64,000 nt of DNA from Rebecca billardiae RCC1528 (taxonomy: Eukaryota; Protista; Haptophyta): contig OZ251228.1 in the NCBI GenBank assembly GCA_965240325.2, positions 2,480,001 through 2,544,000 on the forward strand, written 5' to 3'. Positions within the stretch are counted from its first letter, which is position 1. Every line of letters begins with the position of its first letter. Below the pieces are notes generated by a model. The model was not told where the DNA came from. It searched no databases and was given only the letters and a program-made list of their open reading frames with translations. The position numbers were made by a program, and so were the translations under genes. Shown piece by piece: positions 55,673 to 64,000 of the stretch.

Positions 55673-57895
55673 TTAATCATCATCGTCATCATCAGACGAC
55701 GACAGATCGCATGACATCACAGTCCAATGGTCAGATTCGTCGGTGTAGCCTGTATCACCGTGTGCCGGCATTCGGCAGTCACCCGCGGCCCCAATGCATC
55801 CGCTCTCGAGTCTCCCAAATGGCGGCAGCGGTTGGAGCAGCTGCGGGGAGGCGTCCGAGACAGTGGCGATGCGGCTCGTGCGTTTGTGCTGTCGCTTTGC
55901 GGCGCGTGTGCCCTGGTCGCCGGTGCCATGCTCCAGCCTGCGCTTGCGGACGGCGAGCTGAGTGTTAACCATGCCGGCCAGCTTGTGCGCAGCGCACCGG
56001 CTGGCACGCGAGTCGTCCGGCACGCCGAATGAAGGCCGTGCGGTGCAGCCCGCGTGATCACACTTGCGGCTCTTCACGTCGATCATGCCGGCCATCTTGT
56101 GCGTCGCGCATCGGCTGGCGCGCGCGTCACCCGGCATGCCAAACAAAGGCCCCTTGGTGCAGCCGGCATGATCACACCTGGGGCTCACCACGTTGATCAT
56201 GCCGGCCAGCTTGTGCGTGGCGCACCGGCTGGCGCGCGCGTCGCCCGGCATGCCGAATGAAGGCCCCTTGGTGCAGCCGGTGTGATCACACTTGGGGCTC
56301 ACCACGTTGATCATGCCGGCCAGCTTGTGCGTAGCGCACCGGCTGGCGCGCGCGTCGCCCGGCATGCCGAACGAAGGCCACGTGGTGCAGCCTGTGTGAT
56401 CACACTTGGGGCTCACCACGTTGATCATGCCGGCCAGCTTGTGCGTAGCGCACCGGCTGGCGCGCGCGTCGCCCGGCATGCCGAACAAAGGCCCCTTGGT
56501 GCAGCCTGTGTGATCACACTTGCGGCTCCTCACGTCGACCATGCCGGCCAGCTTGTGCTCAGCGCACCGGCTGGCGTGCGCGTCGCCCGGCATGCCGTAC
56601 GAAGGCTGCTTGGTGCAGCCCGCGTGATCACACTTGCGGCTCCTCACGTTGACCATGCCGGCCAGCTTGTGCTCAGCGCACCGGCTGGCGCGCGCGTCGC
56701 CCAGCATGCCGAAGTAAGGCCGCGTGGTGCAGCCGGTGTGATCACACTTGGGGTTCACCACGTCGACCATGCCGGCCAGCTTGTGCGTGGCGCACCAGCT
56801 GGCGCGCGCATCGCCCGGCATACCGAACGAAGGCTGCGTGGTGCAGCCCGCGTGATCACACTTGGGGTGCTTCACATCGACCATGCCGGCCAGCTTGTGT
56901 GTGGCGCATCGGCTGGCGCGCGCGTCACCCGGCATGCCAAAGTAAGGCACCGTGGTGCAGCCCGCATGATCACACTTGGGGCTCTTCACGTCGACCATGC
57001 CGGCCAGCTTGTGCGTGGCGCACCGGCTGGCGCGCCGCTCGCCCGGCATGCTGAACGTAGGCTGCGTGGTGCAGCCGGTGTGATCACACTTGGGGTTCAC
57101 CACGTTGACCATGCCGGCCAGCTTGTGCGTGGCGCACAGGCTGGCGCGCGCGTCGCCCGGCACGCCAAACACAGGATGCTTGGTGCAGCCCGCGTGATCA
57201 CACTTGGGGTTCCTCACGTCGACCATGCCGGCCAGCTTGTGCGTGGCGCACCAGCTGGCGCGCGCGTCGCCCGGCATGCCGAACGAAGGCTGCGTGGTGC
57301 AGCCCGCGTGATCACACTTGGGGTTCTTCGCGTTGGCCATGCCGGCCAGCTTGTGCGTGGCGCATCGGCTGGCGCGCGCGTCACCCGGCATGCCAAATGA
57401 AGGCACCTTGGTGCAGCCTGTGTGATCACACTTGGGGTGCTTCACATCGACCATGCCAGCCAGCTTGTGCGTCGCGCATCGGCTGGCGCGCCGCTCGCCC
57501 GGCATGCCGAAGTTAGGCACCTTGGTGCAGCCGGTGTGATCACACTTGCGGCTCTTCACGTCGACCATGCCGGCCAGCTTGTGCGTAGCGCACCGGCTGG
57601 CGCGCCGCTCGCCCGGCATGCCGAAGTAAGGCGCCTTGGTGCAGCCGGTGTGGTCACAATTGGGGTGCTTCACATCGACCATGCCGGCCAGCTTGTGTGT
57701 GGCGCATCGGCTGGCGCGCGCGTCGCCCGGCATGCCGAACGAAGGCCCCTTGGTGCAGCCCGCGTGATCACACTTGGGGCTCTTCACGTCGACCATGCCG
57801 GCCAGCTTGTGCGTGGCGCATCGGCTGGCGCGCGCGTCGCCCGGCATGCCGAATGCTGCAGGCGCCTTGGTGCAGTCCGCGTGATCACACTTCAT
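55673..57895 (-). CDS. EsV-1-7-type tandem-repeat protein, 17 x 38 aa, with NLS-like motif and acidic tail
   Basis: Uninterrupted 740-aa ORF. RKRRLEH...KRQHKR, ending DESDHWTVMSCDLSSSDDDDDD. Confidence 0.88.
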   Translation of the reverse strand: MKCDHADCTKAPAAFGMPGDARASRCATHKLAGMVDVKSPKCDHAGCTKGPSFGMPGDARASRCATHKLAGMVDVKHPNCDHTGCTKAPYFGMPGERRASRCATHKLAGMVDVKSRKCDHTGCTKVPNFGMPGERRASRCATHKLAGMVDVKHPKCDHTGCTKVPSFGMPGDARASRCATHKLAGMANAKNPKCDHAGCTTQPSFGMPGDARASWCATHKLAGMVDVRNPKCDHAGCTKHPVFGVPGDARASLCATHKLAGMVNVVNPKCDHTGCTTQPTFSMPGERRASRCATHKLAGMVDVKSPKCDHAGCTTVPYFGMPGDARASRCATHKLAGMVDVKHPKCDHAGCTTQPSFGMPGDARASWCATHKLAGMVDVVNPKCDHTGCTTRPYFGMLGDARASRCAEHKLAGMVNVRSRKCDHAGCTKQPSYGMPGDAHASRCAEHKLAGMVDVRSRKCDHTGCTKGPLFGMPGDARASRCATHKLAGMINVVSPKCDHTGCTTWPSFGMPGDARASRCATHKLAGMINVVSPKCDHTGCTKGPSFGMPGDARASRCATHKLAGMINVVSPRCDHAGCTKGPLFGMPGDARASRCATHKMAGMIDVKSRKCDHAGCTARPSFGVPDDSRASRCAAHKLAGMVNTQLAVRKRRLEHGTGDQGTRAAKRQHKRTSRIATVSDASPQLLQPLPPFGRLESGCIGAAGDCRMPAHGDTGYTDESDHWTVMSCDLSSSDDDDDD

Positions 57896-58129
57896 GCCAG
57901 CCAGCTTGTGCGTGGCGCACCGGATGGCGAGCGCGTCGCCCAGCGGCGTAGTGTGTTGGGGGGGGGGGGGGGGGGGGGGGGGGGGCGTTTGGCGACCGTG
58001 CGAGGCTGGTGTTCATGGGCTTCATCCGGTTGCCACATTTAAAGCCTTGACCACCTGCCACATTATTAATTTTAAGGGCCCCGCGACCGGCTACCACATT
58101 AATTAAGGCGACCGGCTGCCACATTAAGG

Positions 58130-58930
58130 ATCCGCGCCAACGCTCGCACGGCCACCGACACGCCACGCGCGGAGCGATGCGCCGATGGTCTTCGGCACGG
58201 TCGCAAACGTCCTGAACCGCGCTGGCCTGTTCAGTCGCCCTTTGCTCGACGTAGTCGTGCACTGGCCGGTGGAGGCAGTGGCGCCGGGCGTCGGGAAGCA
58301 CTTCGAGTTCCTCGGTGAGGCTGGCGAGCCCGCGCCCGACAAGAAGTAGCGCGGCGGCGCGTGCGCGCCGTGCTCGCGGTGACGTACGTGCTGCTCGCGA
58401 AGGGAAAGCAGTTCAAGCAGGGACACCTCGAGCACTCGGCAGATTATCTCGCCTTGCTCGCCGCTGACGGCCAGCGTGCGAAGCGCGCTGCTGGCATACA
58501 TGGCGTTGAGCAGGTCACCGTGCGAGAGTGCTCCGTCAGACCCGTGGCCAAGGCCCTTGTCGATCAGCTGCGCTGAAGGGCGCGCGCAAAAGTGCGTGAT
58601 GGAGGTCAGTTCCAGGCAGGCTCCATGTTGGCTGCAGCGCTGCGTCTGCGCAGCATGCCCCCGCACGCGCGTCTGCACGCGCACGCCTGCGCTCAGCTGC
58701 AACTTGCGCTCGAGCTCAGCCTTGAGCGCGCTCAGCGTGCCCTTCAGCAGCTCGAGTGGTTCCTCCTTGCGCCACGCGTCCGCGTGGCGCCGCGAGTAGT
58801 TGCTTGTTCAGCGGCTGCACCTGCACCGCCGCGCGCTCGACGCTCGCCTCGACCACCTCCGCGCGCACGCGCTCGCCGACGCGCTCCAGGGACTGCTGCG
58901 TAAGCTCGTGCGCACAGTGGAGCGCCGGAG
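58130..58930 (-). pseudogene. Frameshifted coding-like remnant between the divergent repeat genes
   Basis: Protein-like stretches (KEEPLELLKGTLSALKAELERKL...) broken by frame switches. Family not recognised. Confidence 0.3.
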
Positions 58931-60349
58931 CGACACCTCCGCGCCATCCACCGCGCTTATCGCCTGGCTGGGCGCTATGGAGAGCTACACGCGCGCCGGG
59001 GGCGCGAGCCCGACGACGCATTCGCAGTTCACCTCGCTGTACGACGAACGCCACCTCGAGCGCACGAGCGCATGCGTCTGCAGCGGGAGCACCGACGGCC
59101 GCTCCGGCGGGCTCGCCGCCGACTTTCCCCAGTAGTAACCAGCATATCAAAGTCGTCTTCGGTAGCGCGCGAGGCTCGCTACAATACGGTGATGCTACAC
59201 CACATGGGTTGCGTCACGCGCAGCACCACATGGGCGGCCGGCAGCGGCATACCATCGGCTGAGCTGTTCCTAATTCACTGTTCCTCTGCAGAGAAACGTG
59301 CGCGCGTCGACGAGCACTTGCGCGCTCCGCGGCCTTCGGCACCTTGACATCATTGCGCGTGCGTATGACAGGCGCGGATGGTTGCGCACTTGCGTGTCCG
59401 TCGGCGGCGCTCACGATCCGCGAGCACCGTCCGCCGGGGCCTTGCCATTGTATTGTCGACCTTGGACGGCGCACGGCGCACCGCGGCGCGCTCGCGGCCT
59501 TCGGTCAGGTAGCCCTCGCTGGACATGTGCTGGCCTCTGTTGCTCCGCTGCTCATCGGACCGGGTGCCAATCAGTGGCCCGCAATTGACGACCCGTGCGA
59601 CTGCCCCGCATGCTCGCACACGGGATGATTCAGCCTGGAGCCACCCCGGTCGAGACTTTGGGATGTCAAAGCAGTGGCCGAGCATGCGCTCAAGCGCTCT
59701 CGTCCTCATGCAGCGTGACCTCTACCGTTCTACCGTCTGAGCGTCTGCCGTCACAGGAGTCGGACAAGTCCCCAAAGCTGGGCGCAACCAGTCCCTCGGG
59801 AGTAGCCGCCAGGCCTCCCGCCACCACCGCAGCCGCGCCGCCCAGGGTTGTAAGTCCTGGGATTACCCGGGGTGGTCAGGCTGGCGCGCACGCTCGCGGA
59901 ACCTTGGAACCCGTGCTCCCGCGCTGCGTCGCGTGTCACCCGTCGATCGTCGCCCCACCGCCACCTCTTCCCTCCCACCACCACCTCTTCCTCGACATCC
60001 TCGGCCTTCGCCGCAGCACCGACGCCCCCGCGCGCGGCCGCTGTGGCAGCGGGCAATCAGCGTGCGCTGCGCCGCCGCGCCGCCGCGCCGCCCAGAGTTG
60101 TGCAGCGCGGCCTGTGAGTCCTGCGAGCTGCCCTATGTGGTCAGGCTGGTACGCACGCTCGCTAACGCTTCGAACACGCGCTGCATAGCGTGTCGCCCCT
60201 CGATCGCCGCCCCACCGCCGCGTTTTCCTCCACGCACGGCGGCTTGCTCGGCGGCACGTTTCGCCAAACGCCCCCCCCACCAAGGAGACTTTAAAAATCC
60301 ACCCCCTTGCCTCCCCACACGCTCTACGCCGCTGGGCGACGCGCTCGCC

Positions 60350-62264
60350 ATCCCCTTACCGCAGTCTGCTTCTATACGAAGCAGATTTGGGTGGGCGGCG
60401 GCGTGGGAGCGCTGGGCGCGCAGGTAGACGGCGCGAGCGGGCGCGCGCACGCTTGGGAGCATCTTTGGGACCATACCCATCGATGACCCGAGCCTCGCCG
60501 CCACCGCCCTTCCCCTTCTCCAGTGCCACGGCGTCCAGACGGAGTGCCAAACGAGCGTTTGAACATGCCACGAAGCAGATTTGGAATGGTGCTCAAACCG
60601 CTGCGGAGGTGATCGTCAGGCTGCGGCGTGAGGCTGGGAGGGGTATCGTAACGTAATGGATGACGGTCGTCACCCGTGCGCCGGTCGGTAGGCTGCTACT
60701 CAGCGCCCGTAGGCTCGTACGCTGCACCTCGAGCTCAAGATCCCTCACCGTGGGCTCCGCGCGAGTGACACTGAGCACGAGGAGGGTGTACTTGCGAGGG
60801 GTACGCGCGTCGCGCCTGCGATCGACGCCAAGACAAGCAAAGAAGCGATACCACCACTCCCGCGAAGCGCCTGCCTGACTTGCACTCGGTGTACACACCG
60901 CGTGCGGCGTGCCGCAAGGAAGGAGCCCGACCCGTGCCTCAGCGTGTCCCGCGCGACTGGCTGGTGGGCACTTTCAGCGTGATCGGTCATGCGAACGCGC
61001 GCAGAGTAACGCGCGCAGTATGTACACTGTCTACAATCATCTTTGTCGGTCGCCCACGTGCTTGAAGCGGCTGCAAGGAGTGCAGCCGGGTGTCGCGGGC
61101 CAGTCGAGCGCCCAGCCAGCACGATGGCAGCTCGGCGCCGCCGCGCGTTGCCATCGTGGAGGCGGTGAAGCTGGAGGTACTAGGCTGGCGGCTGTCTGAG
61201 GGTAGCTAGACCATGCCTGGGCACTCTCAAGCCGTGTTCAACGCCCAGGCGCGCGTGGGTGGGCCGCAAAGCGCGCGCAGCGGCCGCCGTCAAATCTGCT
61301 TCCATACGAAGCAGATTGAACTGCGGTAAGGGGATAGTCCCCCTCGGGGCGCCAGTCCGGCTCAAAAGCGTTGCCGCGGCTCGCGAGATGGCTGCCCATC
61401 GCTCCCAGCGTGGGCCATCTCTCGCACAACGAGGGAGCGCCCACGCGGACACCACGGGCGCGACGGCGCGTGTGGCGTTGCAGGTTGTGTGACATGTACG
61501 TGCTTGAGGTATCTACGCACATTGGCGCCTGTAATCTACCTCCATTGTCGCTTGGCTTGTGCAAGCGACCGCTGCTGTGATCTTTGATCGTACGCCCGCC
61601 CGCGCGGGCGCCCTGCTCGGATTCTTACCCTGCGCTCCTGGATGAGTGAACGCGAGCAGTGCACGTAGCCTTCGGAGGGAGGCTGCCAGCGCGTGCGCGA
61701 GCTCTCGAGCCCATCCGATCCTTGCAGACACCCCCAGGAAGAGCTCCAGAGCCATACATGACAGAAGCTGCAGAAAAATCCCAATTCAAAAAGCAATCAC
61801 CGTAATGCGGGCTAATGCCTGGTGTACTACCACAGGAGCGGAGACGCTGGCCCTGGAGCGGCGAGCGAAACTACATGCGAGCTGCGAGCGCTGACGGCAT
61901 TCCATGAACGATGCGCAAACATCCACCACCGACAACTCCGGCCTCCCCCGGCGTTATGCACTTGTCTTTGCCCCGTGCACGGTCGGCGTGCACGTCGATC
62001 ACAGGCCATGCGGAAGCAGGGACAACAGGAGCTGGAGAGAGGTGGATACGAGTCGCCCAGCGATGCCAAGGCCTGAAGAAGAGTCATCTACGACCATCAA
62101 AGCCCCGCGCCCTGCCGTGCCCGCCCTTTCATGCCTCCCATACCTCGGCCCTTGTGCGTCGTGCCGCACTGGCACGCAGTGGGTCGTCATCACGAACCAA
62201 AAGCCTTGCGGCAACGCTTTTGCCTCAACTGCCGGCAGCCATCGTGCCCCGAGGGGGACTATCC
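60350..62264. mobile_element. 1.9-kb insertion flanked by ATCC, with an internal inverted end-to-start junction
   Basis: Removing 60354-62264 restores GACGCGCTCGCCATCC|GGTGCGCCACGCACAA, exactly as in the paralog leader (about 57905-57937, minus strand). Confidence 0.7.
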
Positions 62265-62298
62265 GGTGCGCCACGCACAACGGCACAAGCTGGCCGGC

Positions 62299-63972
62299 AT
62301 GGTCAACGTGGTGAGCCCCAAGTGTGATCACGAGGGCTGCACCAAGCGGCCTTCACTCGGCATGCCGGGTGACGCACGCGCCAGCCGGTGCGCTGCGCAC
62401 AAGCTGGCCGGCATGGTCAACGTGGTGAGCCCTAAGTGTGATCACACCGGCTGCACCAAGGGGCCTTCATTCGGCATGCCGGGCGACGCGCCCGCCAGCC
62501 GATGCGCCACGCACAAGCTGGCCGGCATGGTCAACGTGAGGAACCCCAAGTGTGATCACGAGGGCTGCACCAAGCGGCCTTCACTCGGCATGCCGGGTGA
62601 CGCACGCGCCAGCCGGTGCGCTGCGCACAAGCTGGCCGGCATGGTCAACGTGGTGAGCCCCAAGTGTGATCACACCGGCTGCACCAAGGGGCCTTCATTC
62701 GGCATGCCGGGCGACGCGCGCGCCAGCCGGTGCGCCACGCACAAGCTGGCCGGCATGGTCGACGTGAGGAACCCCAAGTGTGATCACGTGGGCTGCACCA
62801 AGGGGCCTAACTTTGGCATGGCGGGCGAGCGGCGCGCCAGCCGGTGCGCCACGCACAAGCTGGCTGGCATGGTCGACGTGAAGAAACCCAAGTGTGATCA
62901 CGCGGGCTGCACCAAGGGGCCTAACTTCGGCATGCCAGATGACGCGCGCGCCAGCCGATGCGCCACGCACAAGCTGGCCGGCATGGTCGATGTGAAGCAC
63001 CCCAAGTGTGATCACACCGGCTGCACCAAGGGGCCTTCATTCGGCATGCCGGGCGACGCGCGCGCCAGCCGGTGCGCTGAGCACAAGCTGGCCGGCATGG
63101 TCGACGTGAGGAACCCCAAGTGTGATCATGCGGGCTGCACCACGGTGCCTTACTTTGGCATGCCGGGTGACGCGCGCGCCAGCCGATGCGCCACACACAA
63201 GCTGGCCGGCATGGTCGATGTGAAGCACCCCAAGTGTGATCACGCGGGCTGCACCACGCAGCCTTCGTTCGGTATGCCGGGCGATGCGCGCGCCAGCTGG
63301 TGCGCTGAGCACAAGCTGGCCGGCATGGTCGACGTGAGGAACCCCAAGTGTGATCACACGGGCTGCACCACGCGGCCTAACTTCGGCATGCCGGGCGACG
63401 CGCGCGCCAGCCGGTGCGCTACGCACAAGCTGGCCGGCATGGTCGGCGTGAAGAACCCCAAGTGCGATCACGCGGGCTGCACCAAGGGGCCTTCGTTCGG
63501 CATGCCGGGCGACGCGCGCGCCAGCCTGTGCGCCACGCACAAGCTGGCCGGCATGGCCGACTTGCAGCACCCCAAGTGTGATCACGCGGGCTGCACCAAG
63601 TGGCCTTCCTTTGGCATGCCGGAAGACGCATGCGCCAGCCGGTGCGCTGTGCACAAGCTGGCTGGCATGGTTAACACTCAGCTCGCCGTCCGCAGGCGCA
63701 GGCTGGAGCATGGCACCGGCGACCAGGGCACACGCGCATCTAAGCGACAGCACAAACGCACGAGCCGCATCGCCACTGTCTCGGACGCCACCCCGCAGCT
63801 GCTCCAACCGCTGCCGCCATTTGGGAGACTCGAGAGCGGATGCAACGGGGCGGGTGACTGCCGAATGCCGGCACACGGTGACACAGGACCCTACACTGAC
63901 GACGAATCTGACCATTGGACTGTGATGTCATTCGATCTGTCGTCGTCGTCTGATGACGATGATATGATTTAA
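62299..63972 (+). CDS. EsV-1-7-type tandem-repeat protein, 12 x 38 aa, with NLS-like motif and acidic tail
   Basis: ORF 62131..63972. ATG 62299 chosen by analogy with the paralogs. The C-terminus is highly similar to that of 55673-57895. Confidence 0.88.
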   Translation: MVNVVSPKCDHEGCTKRPSLGMPGDARASRCAAHKLAGMVNVVSPKCDHTGCTKGPSFGMPGDAPASRCATHKLAGMVNVRNPKCDHEGCTKRPSLGMPGDARASRCAAHKLAGMVNVVSPKCDHTGCTKGPSFGMPGDARASRCATHKLAGMVDVRNPKCDHVGCTKGPNFGMAGERRASRCATHKLAGMVDVKKPKCDHAGCTKGPNFGMPDDARASRCATHKLAGMVDVKHPKCDHTGCTKGPSFGMPGDARASRCAEHKLAGMVDVRNPKCDHAGCTTVPYFGMPGDARASRCATHKLAGMVDVKHPKCDHAGCTTQPSFGMPGDARASWCAEHKLAGMVDVRNPKCDHTGCTTRPNFGMPGDARASRCATHKLAGMVGVKNPKCDHAGCTKGPSFGMPGDARASLCATHKLAGMADLQHPKCDHAGCTKWPSFGMPEDACASRCAVHKLAGMVNTQLAVRRRRLEHGTGDQGTRASKRQHKRTSRIATVSDATPQLLQPLPPFGRLESGCNGAGDCRMPAHGDTGPYTDDESDHWTVMSFDLSSSSDDDDMI

Positions 63973-64000
63973 ATTCTTGTGTCACGTCGATAATGAGTAA

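Noticed and set aside
57958-57986. Poly-G tract as a phase-variation switch
   Set aside because: It lies upstream of the ATG, homopolymer length is unreliable in assemblies, and the counterpart near 60271 is a short C run plus other sequence. It cannot be supported from sequence alone.
60960-61035. C2H2-like motif CTYC-x11-H-x4-H on the minus strand inside the 1.9-kb insert
   Set aside because: A single short match in a fragmentary frame, which could be chance.
62150-62250. Frameshifted RING finger (CASC...KPCGNAF/CLNC..CPEG) fused to the repeat protein
   Set aside because: It needs an extra T, but the internal inverted copy at about 61363-61377 has the same 4-T run. The His and last Cys ligands are missing, and the segment belongs to the insertion end.

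Overview
A very GC-rich, gene-dense eukaryotic window with short GT-AG introns. The composition and gene set suggest a microalga, probably a haptophyte such as a Pavlovales species (inference). Host genes: two EF-hand proteins, an AFG1/ZapE ATPase, an NHL-repeat protein, an SDR, PLAC8, a 3'(2'),5'-bisphosphate nucleotidase, Derlin, a FAM183-like ciliary protein, an Obg GTPase, a PHD chromatin protein, Rab1 and an APC transporter. Many mobile-element structures lie between them. Highlight 1: three paralogous genes built from near-identical 38-aa EsV-1-7-type C-x4-C-x16-C-x2-H repeats (8, 17 and 12 units). Variation is concentrated in a few positions, and the repeats are followed by a bipartite NLS-like motif and, in two copies, an acidic tail. 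This TALE-like architecture also shows signs of repeat shuffling between paralogs. Highlight 2: a 9.15-kb unit with 70-bp TIRs and a perfect 9-bp TSD (Mutator-like) packages a DIRS/Ngaro-type retroelement. Its gag and RT-RNase H are open, but its tyrosine recombinase is wrecked by a 1-kb satellite. Highlight 3: a 1.9-kb insertion in the leader of one repeat gene carries an inverted internal copy of its own end-to-start junction, like a DIRS internal complementary region. Highlight 4: several long foldback elements, two with clear TSDs. All family assignments come from motif recognition by eye; no searches were run.
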